Sequence record: DRR378314_1401
Reading direction: 5' to 3' (one strand)
Length of the DNA stretch: 64,000 bases
Shown here: piece by piece, positions 50,949 to 61,164 of the stretch
How positions within the stretch are numbered: position 1 is the stretch's first letter
Layout: the number at the start of each line of letters is the position of its first letter
Program-made: the position numbers and the translations under genes
The notes under the pieces: model-generated
Told to the model about the DNA's origin: nothing
Databases searched by the model: none
Seen by the model: the letters and a program-made list of their open reading frames with translations, nothing else

Positions 50949-51721
50949 CAGTGACGCTCCTCTCCAATACCCGGTTTATCCCCCATATCGGCCAGAATCT
51001 CGGCAATATGCAGCACTTTCATCTTATGACCCTGCCGATAAAGGCGCCCGGCAATATTCATCAGGCATCCCAGATCCCCGGCGGTCACCACCTCTGCCCC
51101 GGTTGCCCGTAAATTATCAATTTTCCGATCGACCATTTCCTCGGACACCTCGGAATATTTGATACAAAAGGTGCCTCCGAACCCGCAACAGGCCTCCCGG
51201 TCTTCGGCTTCGATCAACTGCAGATCTTCAACGCCGGATAATAACGTCCGGGGCTGATCCTTGACCTGCATTTCCCGAAGGCTGGAGCAACTATCGTGAT
51301 AGGTGACTTTCTTTTCAAATTCCACATCATCGACTTTGAAATGGCGAACATCTGCCAGAAAAGACACCAGCTCATGGGTGCGGGCCGCAAGGTCCTGGGC
51401 CGCCAGCAGCATCTCCGGGTCATCGGCAAAAAGTTCGGGATAATGCTTTTTGATCATACCGGCGCAGGACCCGGACGGGGCAACCACATAAGGATAACCT
51501 TTGAACGCCTGTATCACGTCAGCCGCAATTTGCTTGGTTGTCCGTCGGTCCCCGGAATTATAGGCAGGCTGGCCACAACAGGTTTGCGCATCAGGCACAA
51601 CAACCTTGCAACCGGTTTGTTCCAGAAGTTTAACGGTGGCAAATCCGACGGAAGGCCGGTTGATATCCACCAGACAGGTCACGAATAACGCAACTTCAAT
51701 TTTTTCAGCCGTCTCAGACAT
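50948..51721 (-). CDS. lutA: Lactate utilization protein A (LutA/LldE/YkgE, CCG domains)
   Basis: FVTCLVD, QTCCGQPAYNSG, YHDSC and CCGFGGTF motifs. Confidence 0.95.
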   Translation of the reverse strand: MSETAEKIEVALFVTCLVDINRPSVGFATVKLLEQTGCKVVVPDAQTCCGQPAYNSGDRRTTKQIAADVIQAFKGYPYVVAPSGSCAGMIKKHYPELFADDPEMLLAAQDLAARTHELVSFLADVRHFKVDDVEFEKKVTYHDSCSSLREMQVKDQPRTLLSGVEDLQLIEAEDREACCGFGGTFCIKYSEVSEEMVDRKIDNLRATGAEVVTAGDLGCLMNIAGRLYRQGHKMKVLHIAEILADMGDKPGIGEERH

Positions 51722-51780
51722 GCAGTATTACTCCCCAGCTCAGTGGAAGAACTATACTGGACCTTGAAGGGCTTCGCCAG

Positions 51781-53010
51781 TCAGCTTGAGGAATTGTTTT
51801 CAGGTTTTAGCCGTCTGGCCACCTCATTGGGAAGCAACATCCAGTATTGTCCGGTCGCTTTCATGGCACCGGCTTTCTCATACGCCTCATCTCCATGGCC
51901 CCAGAACACATCGCCGCGAACCGGACCCCGAATGGCCCCGCCCGTATCCTGAGCCATGAAAAGCCGCTGAATTGCACCAATTTTAACCGCACTGGCCTGA
52001 TCTTCGGCCTCTGTCGCCAACCAGATCGGAATGCCCAGCGGCATCCATTTCCGGTCCACGGCAAGACTGCGCCCCGGGGTCAGTTCAACACCCTGGGCCC
52101 CAACAGGGCCGGATGTTTCCAGCTCCCGAAAGAAAATGTAGGAGGCGTTTTCCTGCATCAACTCTTCTGCTTTATCGGGATTTGTCTCCAGCCAGTCGCG
52201 GATCGCCTGCATGGACATGTCTTCGCGCAGAACAGCACCGGAATCGATCAGCGTGCGGCCAATGGCATAATAGGGATGCCCGTTTTGCCCCGCATATCCA
52301 ACCCGCAGGGCACTCCCGTCATCAAGCTCGACATAGCCGGATCCCTGAATATGCAAGAAAAACGCATCAACGGCGCTATCCACCCAGACAATTTCCAAAT
52401 CCCGCCCGGCCAGGGCCCCGTCATCAATCTCTTTTCGATCCGCAAAGGGGTAAAGTTCCCCGTTTTTGACCACGCCTGCGATGCGCTGTCCCTTCAGGCT
52501 ATCGCGAAAACGGCCCAGATGGACCATGACCAGTTCATCAGGGCGTAAATAGAGGGGCGTCTCATACGGGCCAGATCGGGTCCGGCTGCCGTTCAGGCTG
52601 GCTTCATAATATCCGGTGAAAAGACCTTTGTCCTCGGTGTTGTTGTAAACCTTCACCGGCGTCAGTTGCTGCTCCAGGAAGTTGCGGATTTTACCGGCTT
52701 CATCGGGCAGGTTCAGTGCCGCCTCACAAAAGGCTTTCCAATCCCCGGCGGTCCCGGCAATCTGGTTGGCGCCTAAGGATCTTTCATCAGGTAATGTCTT
52801 GATTTTCAAACAGGATTTTGAAAGTGACGCCATGAAGCCACTCAGTTGATCCTGGTCCCAACCCGGCAGATCGGAATAGCTGGCCAGCTCCAGGATCCGC
52901 TGATCCTCAGGTGTCGCTGTTTCCGAATAAAAGAAGTACCAGATCCCGGTACCAGACACAATCACAAGGCCAACCAGGCAGGTGACCCAGATCCATTCCC
53001 AGTTTCGCAA
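51781..53010 (-). CDS. mltA: Membrane-bound lytic murein transglycosylase A
   Basis: FTGYYE, FFLHIQGSG, SLAVD and AQDTGGAIRGPVRGDVFWG motifs. Confidence 0.95.
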   Translation of the reverse strand: MRNWEWIWVTCLVGLVIVSGTGIWYFFYSETATPEDQRILELASYSDLPGWDQDQLSGFMASLSKSCLKIKTLPDERSLGANQIAGTAGDWKAFCEAALNLPDEAGKIRNFLEQQLTPVKVYNNTEDKGLFTGYYEASLNGSRTRSGPYETPLYLRPDELVMVHLGRFRDSLKGQRIAGVVKNGELYPFADRKEIDDGALAGRDLEIVWVDSAVDAFFLHIQGSGYVELDDGSALRVGYAGQNGHPYYAIGRTLIDSGAVLREDMSMQAIRDWLETNPDKAEELMQENASYIFFRELETSGPVGAQGVELTPGRSLAVDRKWMPLGIPIWLATEAEDQASAVKIGAIQRLFMAQDTGGAIRGPVRGDVFWGHGDEAYEKAGAMKATGQYWMLLPNEVARRLKPENNSSS

Positions 53011-53042
53011 ATTCGCCCCCGGTTATGCGGTTTTACGCTGCT

Positions 53043-53738
53043 TTATTCTGCGCTTTTCGTGGTGATCAGAAGCCAGTTTGGATTTCGCGACTTCAACCGA
53101 CGGGCAAATGTCCATTCTTCGCGGACGGTATGCGGATGCGGATCACCCTGAACCACAACCCCTTCTTCATCCTTGGTCATGGAAATCATTTCCGTTTCGA
53201 AACGAACTGTAACCTCAGCATCTTTGCCATTGAGAACCGCGCCTGTAATCTCTGATGAGTTCACACTGAGGATATCTGTGTGCATCGCCTCGTTCGCTTT
53301 TTCCCGAGCCTCGATCGCCATTTCAAAATTGTGGTAAACCTCTTCGGACAATAAATCCTTCAGGGTTGAGCGGTCACCATTCGCAAAAGCCTGTACAATC
53401 GCCTCATAGGCCATTTCCGCCTGTCCGGCAAAAGCAGAGGGATCAAAACTGGGTTCAATATCGTGGATATTGCGAAGCGTTGCTGCCAACGGCGTGTCCG
53501 CCTGCAGCAGGCTATCATCCCGTTGAAAGTCGATATCGTTGTTCATCGGAACGATATTGTCACCAGTATCATCTGCCGATTTGACATCAGGTTTTTTAAA
53601 CTCTTTACGAGAGACATCTTCCCGGGGAGACTGTTCATGTCCCATTCGCCGTCCAAGGACGCTTCTCAGCCTCAGGAATATGAAAGCTGCTATCATTACT
53701 AATAAAATAATATCCAGGAACTCGAACCCATTTCCCAT
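53043..53738 (-). CDS. Tim44/TimA family adaptor protein
   Basis: N-terminal TM with FLRLRSVLGRRMG; C-terminal EEWTFAR...PNWLL. Confidence 0.93.
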   Translation of the reverse strand: MGNGFEFLDIILLVMIAAFIFLRLRSVLGRRMGHEQSPREDVSRKEFKKPDVKSADDTGDNIVPMNNDIDFQRDDSLLQADTPLAATLRNIHDIEPSFDPSAFAGQAEMAYEAIVQAFANGDRSTLKDLLSEEVYHNFEMAIEAREKANEAMHTDILSVNSSEITGAVLNGKDAEVTVRFETEMISMTKDEEGVVVQGDPHPHTVREEWTFARRLKSRNPNWLLITTKSAE

Positions 53739-53908
53739 AATCAGTAAATCGCACCACTCTTGTTAAAAAATGCCAAAAAACCCGCTCTTGAACAGGCAAT
53801 CGTTCAACCGTAACCTTAATGGACTTTAAGGTCTAGCTGCTTTCTAAAAGCTTGAAGTTTAATTACCTGCTTATACGTAAATAGAAACTCAAAGAAGGAT
53901 AAACAAGT

Positions 53909-54424
53909 TTGCCATTACTGTTTTTTGCCCTTTTAATTGGTATTCCAATAGCTGAAATCGCCGTTTTTATTGAAATTGGCGGTGAAATTGGCGCGTTTAA
54001 TACCATTGGCCTGACCATTCTTACCGCGGTTATCGGGATGGCACTTCTGCGCTATCAGGGAATTTCTGTTCTCACTCAGGCGCAGGAACGGCTCAATGCC
54101 GGTCAATCCCCGGTTCGGGAGATCTTTAGCGGGATCATGCTGGCACTGGCGGGACTTTTCCTTCTGATCCCTGGTTTCGTCACAGATACCGTTGGGTTTC
54201 TGTTATTCCTGCCGCCGCTTCGCAGCTTGATTGCCAACTGGCTAGCCGGCAGCAGTCGCTTTGTTCGCAGTGAAACCGTGTTCTCTCACCACGGTGATGG
54301 CCAGTATAAAAGCGAGCCGATTATCGAAGGGGATTATCACGTGGTTGAAAGCGCTGAGGATCCCGATGACGAAAAAAAGGATCCAAACAGGGAAAGCCCG
54401 TGGTCAAAAAACAGGGAGGAATAA
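53909..54424 (+). CDS. fxsA: FxsA family membrane protein
   Basis: PIAEIAVFI and LLIPGFVTDTVG motifs; upstream of secB. Confidence 0.92.
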   Translation: MPLLFFALLIGIPIAEIAVFIEIGGEIGAFNTIGLTILTAVIGMALLRYQGISVLTQAQERLNAGQSPVREIFSGIMLALAGLFLLIPGFVTDTVGFLLFLPPLRSLIANWLAGSSRFVRSETVFSHHGDGQYKSEPIIEGDYHVVESAEDPDDEKKDPNRESPWSKNREE

Positions 54425-54514
54425 CCTCCTTGCGGCTTGTTCGGTACGCCAAACCATGCTAGCCAATGACACAATTATTTTGCCAAACATACTCTTCAGG
54501 AGACACGCTTAATT

Positions 54515-55012
54515 ATGGCTGAAAACGACGTGGATATTGACGCCCAAGAGGCTGCCAGCGCGGAACAGGGTCCGGTTCTGTCAATCATTACCCAATATGT
54601 GAAAGACATTTCCTTTGAAAACCCGAACGCCCCGGCCAGCCTGAACCCGGAATTGCCACAGCCATCTGTTGAGCTGTCCGTCAATGTTCAGGCAAAAGCG
54701 CTGACAACTGAAAATTACGAAATTGAGCTTCGTGTGCAGGCAAATGCCAAGCATGACGAAAATCCGGCGTTCATTCTGGAACTGGTCTATGGCGGCCTGT
54801 TCCTGCTGAAAAACTTTCCACCCGAAGCGCTGGAACAGATCTGCATGATCGAATGTCCCCGCCTGATTTTCCCATTTGCCCGCCGGGTAATCGCAGATGC
54901 AACCCGTGACGGCGGATTTTCACCATTGCAGTTGGATCCGATTGATTTTGCAGGCCTTTATAAAGCCCATAAAGCCCAGGAAGGCCAAAACGGCGTTGCT
55001 GGAAACGCTTAA
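54515..55012 (+). CDS. secB: Protein-export chaperone SecB
   Basis: QYVKDISFENPNAP, IECPRLIFPFAR and LDPIDF motifs. Confidence 0.97.
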   Translation: MAENDVDIDAQEAASAEQGPVLSIITQYVKDISFENPNAPASLNPELPQPSVELSVNVQAKALTTENYEIELRVQANAKHDENPAFILELVYGGLFLLKNFPPEALEQICMIECPRLIFPFARRVIADATRDGGFSPLQLDPIDFAGLYKAHKAQEGQNGVAGNA

Positions 55013-55038
55013 ATAGCGGCAACTTCGCATTTAAAACT

Positions 55039-55069
55039 AAAAAAGCCTCCGAATTTCGGGGGCTTTTTT
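55039..55069. terminator. Bidirectional intrinsic terminator between secB and dnaQ
   Basis: AAAAAAGCCTCCGAA-T-TTCGGGGGCTTTTTT between convergent genes. Confidence 0.88.
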
Positions 55070-55092
55070 GATGATGCGATCAGATATTTAGA

Positions 55093-55761
55093 TTACCGGC
55101 TCCAGATCGGATCCGAAATTTTCTCCATAAAAGCGGCATGCGCAGCCAGTTCTTCATCTGACGGCGCGTGGGGCCGGGGGGGCCGGACCTCCACCCGTTT
55201 ACGGCTGATGTTATCCTCGTCCGTCTCTGCCGCCAGGGAAAACCCGGTCTGGCGGCCCCCCCGAAGCTCCAGATAAACCTCGGCCAGCAGTTCTGCGTCC
55301 AACAGCGCGCCATGTTTTGTCCGGGCGGAGTTATCAATTTTAAACCGCCGGCATAACGCATCCAGATTGGCCTGGGCGCCCGGAAACATTTTTCGGGCCA
55401 TTGCCACCGTATCGATGGAACGGCTCATCGGCAGGGGTTTGCGTTTCAGGCGGATCAGTTCCGCATTGATGAACTTCATGTCAAATTCGGCATTATGGAT
55501 CACCAGATTGGCGGAGCCGATAAAGTCCAGAAAGTTATCAATTTCCGCAGCCATTACAGGATGCTGCTTCAAAAACGCCTCACTCAGGCCATGCACTTTG
55601 AAAGCCCCCTCCGGCATATCCCGCTCCGGATTGATATAGACATGATAAACCCGGCCGGTCGCCATGTAGTTTTCAACCTCAACGCAGCCGATTTCAACAA
55701 TCCGGTCCCCTTTAGACGGATCAAAACCCGTTGTTTCCGTATCCAGGACGATTTCCCGCAT
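55093..55761 (-). CDS. dnaQ: DNA polymerase III epsilon subunit
   Basis: LDTETTG, HNAEFD and HGALLDAELLAEVY motifs. Confidence 0.97.
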   Translation of the reverse strand: MREIVLDTETTGFDPSKGDRIVEIGCVEVENYMATGRVYHVYINPERDMPEGAFKVHGLSEAFLKQHPVMAAEIDNFLDFIGSANLVIHNAEFDMKFINAELIRLKRKPLPMSRSIDTVAMARKMFPGAQANLDALCRRFKIDNSARTKHGALLDAELLAEVYLELRGGRQTGFSLAAETDEDNISRKRVEVRPPRPHAPSDEELAAHAAFMEKISDPIWSR

Positions 55762-56361
55762 TTACCTGTTTTCCTTCAATGTTTTAATCAAGTCCTTCAC
55801 CTGGCCCCGGGTTTGCTCCTCAGGACAGCCGGTTTCAATAACATGATGGGCTTTTTTCCGTTTTTGCTCATCGGGCAGTTGCCGCGACAGAATATTTTCC
55901 AGCTTTTCTTCTGTCATATCGTCCCGGGCCAGAACCCGTTCGCGCTGCAGATGGCCGGGGGCGCTGACCACAACAATTGTATCAAAGTTGCTTTCCCCAT
56001 TGGTTTCAAAAATCAACGGCACATCCAGAACCACCATGTCATGTCCGGCTTTTTCCGCCTCTGCCAGAAATTCCGCCCGGTGGGCGCCAACCATGGGATG
56101 AACGATTTTTTCAAGCCGCCGAATGGCCTCATCATTCCCAACAACCAGTTTACTGAGCTTCGGTCTGTCTACCTGATCATCAATGACCGCCTGGGGAAAC
56201 GCCTGGCGAATGGCATCTACTGCTCGCCCGCCGCGCTGATAAAATTTATGAATTTCCGCATCCACGTTATAAACGGGAATCCCTTGTGCTTCGAACATTT
56301 TGCCGACGGTTGATTTCCCCATGCCAATGGATCCCGTCAGTCCTATTATTTTCAGACTCAT
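55762..56361 (-). CDS. coaE: Dephospho-CoA kinase
   Basis: GLTGSIGMGKST, LEKIVHP and DVPLIFE motifs. Confidence 0.96.
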   Translation of the reverse strand: MSLKIIGLTGSIGMGKSTVGKMFEAQGIPVYNVDAEIHKFYQRGGRAVDAIRQAFPQAVIDDQVDRPKLSKLVVGNDEAIRRLEKIVHPMVGAHRAEFLAEAEKAGHDMVVLDVPLIFETNGESNFDTIVVVSAPGHLQRERVLARDDMTEEKLENILSRQLPDEQKRKKAHHVIETGCPEEQTRGQVKDLIKTLKENR

Positions 56362-57215
56362 TTTCTCGTCAGTCCTTCCAAGACATATCTACGCAAGCCT
56401 TCATCCACTTGGGGCCGGACCCCGAACCAGGCTTCAAATCCCGCTTTCGCCTGATGCAGCAGCATACCAAGCCCATCGACCACAGTATGACCGTTCCGGC
56501 GGGCGTCTTTCAAGAGATCTGTTTCCAAAGGGGTATAGACAATATCAGTGACCACCGCCTCTGCTTTCAATGAGGTGAGCTGCAACGTCAAGGGGGGCTG
56601 CCCCTTCATCCCAAGACTGGTGGTGTTGACCAAAAGATCGGTCTGCTCAAGGGCCTGCTCCTTTGCTTCCCAGGGGACAACTGAAATCGGTATTTGTGGC
56701 ATTTCTTCTGCCAGCTGATCAGTTCTCTGCCGGGTCCGATTGCTGAGCAGGATTTTCGAAAACCCCATTAATTTCAATGCATAAATAATTGCACGGGCCG
56801 CGCCGCCGGCCCCTAACACCATTGCCGTTCCGCCTTCGAAACGAGTTAGGTCAAGATGATCGGCCAGACTATCGCGAAAACCGATCCCGTCTGTGTTTCG
56901 CCCCAAAAGCTCCCCTTTACTGCCGATAACCAACGTATTGACCGCACCAATGGCCTGAGCGGACGGCTCCAGATCGTCGATAAAGGGGATGATTGTCTCT
57001 TTCAGGGGAAGGGTCAGGTTGCAGCCCTGAAAATGATCCCCGTCCTGCTCGCAGGTCTGCTTTAACGCTGCAATGCGGGTCATTAATTCTTCTGGGCGAA
57101 CCTCGATCGCCTCATAGCGGGCATCCAGCTCATATTTTGCGATCCAGTAGCCATGAAGACGCGGCGACAGAGAGTGGGAAATGGGAAATCCCAGAACACC
57201 AGCGCATTTTGTCAT
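56358..57215 (-). CDS. aroE: Shikimate dehydrogenase
   Basis: HSLSPRLH, NLTLPLKE, GAVNT, NTDG, GAGGAARA and DGLGMLLHQA motifs. Confidence 0.96.
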   Translation of the reverse strand: MTKCAGVLGFPISHSLSPRLHGYWIAKYELDARYEAIEVRPEELMTRIAALKQTCEQDGDHFQGCNLTLPLKETIIPFIDDLEPSAQAIGAVNTLVIGSKGELLGRNTDGIGFRDSLADHLDLTRFEGGTAMVLGAGGAARAIIYALKLMGFSKILLSNRTRQRTDQLAEEMPQIPISVVPWEAKEQALEQTDLLVNTTSLGMKGQPPLTLQLTSLKAEAVVTDIVYTPLETDLLKDARRNGHTVVDGLGMLLHQAKAGFEAWFGVRPQVDEGLRRYVLEGLTRK

Positions 57216-57823
57216 GATTTAAAAACCTTATGGCCACGCAGAAAATCAATAAGCGGTAACAGCGGAAGCCCGAGAATGGAAAAGAAATCCCCCTGGATCC
57301 GGTTAAACAGCTGCGCCCCAAGGGCTTCCAGTTGATAGGCGCCGACCGATTGCAAAATACCGTCCCCCGCCTCACTCAGATAACTGTCCAGAAATTCTTC
57401 ACTAAAGGCGCGCATTTCCAGGGTCGCCGTTTCCGTATAATGCCAGATGATGGTGTTTGATTTGGCGACACAGACAGCGGTTTGCAAGTGATGTTCTTTG
57501 CCCTTCAGCGACAGTAAATGGGCGCGGGCATGGCTCATATCCACCGGTTTATCAAACCACACCCCATTGCATTCCAGCATTTGATCCGCACCGATGACCA
57601 GCGCATTGGGAAATTCTTTGGAAATGCGAAGGGCTTTCAGTTCTGCAAGGGCAACAGCTGTGTCTTTTGCGCTCGCCCCGGTGGCCTGCAAGGAGTGTTT
57701 AAGCTCACTTTCATCCACATGGGCCGCTTTGCTTTCAAACACAAAACCGGCCTGATGCAGCATATTTTTCCTGGATTGACTGGCAGAGGCCAAAATCACC
57801 AGAGGGCTATCCTCTTCGCTCAT
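57212..57823 (-). CDS. maf: Maf family nucleotide pyrophosphatase
   Basis: ILASASQSR, VIGADQ, SVGAYQLE and ILGLPL motifs. Confidence 0.94.
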   Translation of the reverse strand: MSEEDSPLVILASASQSRKNMLHQAGFVFESKAAHVDESELKHSLQATGASAKDTAVALAELKALRISKEFPNALVIGADQMLECNGVWFDKPVDMSHARAHLLSLKGKEHHLQTAVCVAKSNTIIWHYTETATLEMRAFSEEFLDSYLSEAGDGILQSVGAYQLEALGAQLFNRIQGDFFSILGLPLLPLIDFLRGHKVFKS

Positions 57824-58650
57824 AAAAGGCGGCTTTCTTCTTTTTGATGATGTTTATGATAAAGGGTGATGATTTGCGCTGCTGTTTCTTCAACAGATCG
57901 GCGGGTCACATCGATGACGGGCCAGTTATGCTTGGTGCACAGCTTTCTCGCTTCCAGAACTTCATTCTTGATCCCATCAATATCCACATAATCTGTGTCA
58001 TGGGTTTCTTTTAACGATAACAGGCGGTTTTTCCGGATCTGGGACAAGCGATCCGGGCTGGAGGTCAGCCCGACCACAAAGGGCCGTTTCACCTCAAACA
58101 GTTGCAGGGGCAGGGGACATCCAACCACAATCGGGATATTCGCCGTCTTGATACCGCGATGAGATAGATAAAAGGAAGTTGGTGTTTTAGAGGTTCTGGA
58201 AACGCCGATCAGGATAATATCCGCATCCTCAAGTCCATCAGGCATCTGGCCATCATCATGGGCCATGGTATAATTAAGCGCTTCGATCCGGGCAAAATAC
58301 TGCTGATCCAGCATATGCTGACGGCCAGGCAATCCGCGGCTTTCCTGCCCTAAATACTGGGACAGGGACGCCATTACCGGATCCAGAATGGACACACAGG
58401 GCACATTCAGCTTCCGGCAGCCTTTTTCCAGCGCCGCACGAAGCTCTTTGTTGACCAGCGTGAAAAGCACCAATCCCGGACTTTTCTGAATGGAATCAAG
58501 GATATCATCAATTTGCCGGATGGTTCTTGTCATGGACCAGACATGCTCAACCGGATCTCTTGCCTCAAACTGCACCAGGGCTGCCTTGGTAATTGATTGC
58601 AAAGTTTCACCGGTCGAATCCGATACCAGATGAAGATGAAGATCCCCCAT
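57820..58650 (-). CDS. ppsR: Pyruvate, water/phosphate dikinase regulatory protein (DUF299)
   Basis: HLVSDSTGET, HDDG, GVSRTSKTPTS and IDVTRRSVEETA motifs. Confidence 0.95.
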   Translation of the reverse strand: MGDLHLHLVSDSTGETLQSITKAALVQFEARDPVEHVWSMTRTIRQIDDILDSIQKSPGLVLFTLVNKELRAALEKGCRKLNVPCVSILDPVMASLSQYLGQESRGLPGRQHMLDQQYFARIEALNYTMAHDDGQMPDGLEDADIILIGVSRTSKTPTSFYLSHRGIKTANIPIVVGCPLPLQLFEVKRPFVVGLTSSPDRLSQIRKNRLLSLKETHDTDYVDIDGIKNEVLEARKLCTKHNWPVIDVTRRSVEETAAQIITLYHKHHQKEESRLL

Positions 58651-59033
58651 TTAGGTCACCCTGTATTGCCTGTGGATAATGTGAATAACAGGGATAACAC
58701 GAGCATTTGGCGACTTCCAGAAACTTTACTCATGTTTATTCCTGTCTTTACAAGTTAGCCACGCACCTCTGGACATGTTTAGACAAGCTCTTCGGAACAT
58801 GGGGATAAGTTATAAAAGAGAAGTCCCAATAAGACTTATCCCCGTTATCCCCATAATTCTTTTAATCCAGATCCGCGGATATACCGTATTTATCCCAAGT
58901 CACGCACTTCACCAGAATTTTTCCACAAATTTTGAATTTTCGCTGTGAAAGAAATAGGATCCCCGTTATTCACAGGGATAAACAACAACTACCTCCTATT
59001 ATTTAAAGATATATATAGAGAGGGATAACTTTT
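58651..59033. other. oriC: Chromosomal replication origin (oriC)
   Basis: Intergenic region between DUF299 and hemE, the usual alphaproteobacterial origin position. DnaA boxes at 58671-58679 (perfect), 58680-58688, 58919-58927 and 58966-58974; TTATCCCC-type boxes at 58800, 58836 and 58845; AT-rich tract at 58978-59018. Confidence 0.9.
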
Positions 59034-60095
59034 TTGGAGAAGGCAAAACCTGTGTCTATTTCATCTGACAAACGATTTCTCAAAGCCCTGAACCGAGAAA
59101 AACTCGACAGACCGCCTTTTTGGCTAATGCGTCAGGCTGGACGGTACCTGCCTGAATATCGCCAAACCCGACAGGATGCAGGCTCCTTTCTAGACCTTTG
59201 CTATAATCCAAAACTTGCCGAAGAAGTCACCCTGCAACCGCTTCGCCGTTACGATATGGATGCAGCCATTCTCTTTGCAGATATTCTCTTGATCCCAGAT
59301 GCCTTGGGACAGCCTTTGGCCTATAAAGAAGGCGAAGGACCTGTCTTAGACCCTATTCGCTCAGCAAAAGAGTTATCTTCGTTAAAGCTGGAGACTATTC
59401 ACGATCGCTTAAATCCGGTCTATGAGACCGTAAATCGATTAAGCGGATCCATCCCCTCTAAATGTTCTTTAATCGGCTTTGCAGGCTCTCCCTGGACCGT
59501 GGCGACCTATATGGTGGAGGGACGTGGCTCCAAAGATTATGTAGAAACAAAAAAATGGGCCTATTCTGATCCAGAGGGATTTGACCGGCTCATTGACCTG
59601 TTGGTTGAGGCGACCGTTCAATATCTGTTAAAACAGATCGAAGCTGGGGCAGAAACGGTTCAACTCTTTGATACCTGGGCCGGAGTTCTGCCAGATGATA
59701 AATTTGACCGTTGGGTAATTGCGCCCACGGCGAAAATCGTCACCAGAATTCGAGATCAACATCCGGATTTCCCCATCATTGGCTTTCCAAAAGGTGTTGG
59801 TGCCAATCTGCTGCCGTTTGTGGAGAAAACAGGCGTTACTGCCGTGAGCCTGGATACAGCCCAATCTCTGTCCTGGGCGGTACAGGAAATCCAGCCAAAA
59901 GTCGTGGTTCAGGGAAATCTGGACCCAATTTTACTGGTCGCTGGTGGCGATGCAATGGTTGAACGCATTCATCATATTCTGGATAATTTCAAAGATGGTC
60001 CCCATATTTTTAATCTCGGTCATGGAATAATTCCCCAGACTCCACCGGAAAATGTGGCAAAACTGGCGGAAACCATCCAAAACTGGACAGCTTGA
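59034..60095 (+). CDS. hemE: Uroporphyrinogen decarboxylase
   Basis: [29 protein letters not shown] and IFNLGHGI motifs. Start TTG 59034 or GTG 59052. Confidence 0.97.
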   Translation: MEKAKPVSISSDKRFLKALNREKLDRPPFWLMRQAGRYLPEYRQTRQDAGSFLDLCYNPKLAEEVTLQPLRRYDMDAAILFADILLIPDALGQPLAYKEGEGPVLDPIRSAKELSSLKLETIHDRLNPVYETVNRLSGSIPSKCSLIGFAGSPWTVATYMVEGRGSKDYVETKKWAYSDPEGFDRLIDLLVEATVQYLLKQIEAGAETVQLFDTWAGVLPDDKFDRWVIAPTAKIVTRIRDQHPDFPIIGFPKGVGANLLPFVEKTGVTAVSLDTAQSLSWAVQEIQPKVVVQGNLDPILLVAGGDAMVERIHHILDNFKDGPHIFNLGHGIIPQTPPENVAKLAETIQNWTA

Positions 60096-60108
60096 GGAGA
60101 CAAAGATC

Positions 60109-61140
60109 GTGGCTCGCAAGGCAATTATATTGTTTAATCTGGGCGGACCGGACAGTTTTGAAGCGGTTGAACCGTTTTTGTTCAATCTTTTCTTCGATCC
60201 GGCCATTATTCGGCTCCCCAAACCCTTGCGATACCTCATTGCCAAGTTGATTTCCCGGCGGCGCGGGCCGACAGCTCGGGAAATTTACGGGCATTTGGGC
60301 GGGAAATCGCCGTTGCTTGGCCAAACCCGTGATCAGGCAACTCATTTGCAGCAGCTGTTAAAGACTGAAGAGGATGAATATTCCGTCTTTATCGCCATGC
60401 GTTATTGGCATCCACGGGCTGCTGATGTGGCTAAGGATGTGAAAGCTTTTGATCCCGATGAAGTTATTCTATTGCCGCTCTATCCGCAGTTTTCCACAAC
60501 AACGAGTGCCTCTTCCTTGAAAGAATGGGAAGAGGAAGCGCGAAAAGTTGGCTTGACTGTCCCGGTTTCCGCCATTTGCTGTTATCCGGCAGAGAAGGGG
60601 TTTATACAGGCCTATACAAGTCTCATCGAGTTGTCTTTACAGGATATGACAAGTGCCGCACCGCGGTTATTATTTTCCGCCCATGGTTTGCCGAAAAAGA
60701 TTGTCGATGCGGGCGATCCATACCCCTTTCAGGTGGAGAAATCAGTTGCGGCCCTTGTTCAGAAACTCAATCGGCCGGATTTGGAACATCTTGTCTGTTA
60801 TCAAAGCCGGGTGGGACCGTTGGAATGGATTGGGCCTGATACCGAAGAAGAGATCAAACGCGCTGGATCTGAGAAAAAACCGTTGATCGTTATTCCTGTG
60901 GCCTTTGTATCTGAACATTCTGAAACGCTGGTTGAGCTGGATATTGAATATGGCGAGCTTGCCAGGGAATGCGGGGTGCCGGAATATAAGCGGGTGCCAA
61001 CTGTAACGGTTCATGATCGGTTCATCGAAGGTCTGGCAAATCTGGTAAAGTCCCGGCAGGTGGGCCAGATGACCAGTAATGAAGGACAGATTTTATGCCC
61101 GTCCGGCGCTGTTGGTTGTCCGTTGATTGCCGGCGGGTAA
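60109..61140 (+). CDS. hemH: Ferrochelatase
   Basis: FNLGGPD, LPLYPQFSTTT, FSAHGLP, YQSRVGPLEW and FVSEHSETLVELD motifs. GTG 60109 behind GAGGAG. Confidence 0.96.
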   Translation: MARKAIILFNLGGPDSFEAVEPFLFNLFFDPAIIRLPKPLRYLIAKLISRRRGPTAREIYGHLGGKSPLLGQTRDQATHLQQLLKTEEDEYSVFIAMRYWHPRAADVAKDVKAFDPDEVILLPLYPQFSTTTSASSLKEWEEEARKVGLTVPVSAICCYPAEKGFIQAYTSLIELSLQDMTSAAPRLLFSAHGLPKKIVDAGDPYPFQVEKSVAALVQKLNRPDLEHLVCYQSRVGPLEWIGPDTEEEIKRAGSEKKPLIVIPVAFVSEHSETLVELDIEYGELARECGVPEYKRVPTVTVHDRFIEGLANLVKSRQVGQMTSNEGQILCPSGAVGCPLIAGG

Positions 61141-61164
61141 GGGATTGTCTTTGGGGGAAGAATT

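Noticed and set aside
49791..50954. 387-aa plus-strand ORF
   Set aside because: Antisense shadow of lutB; no domain signature.
53814..53831. CtrA box between Tim44 and fxsA
   Set aside because: CCTTAA-N6-TTAAGG has a 6-nt spacer rather than 7; it is only an unassigned short palindrome.
55495..56313. 272-aa plus-strand ORF
   Set aside because: Antisense shadow across dnaQ and coaE.
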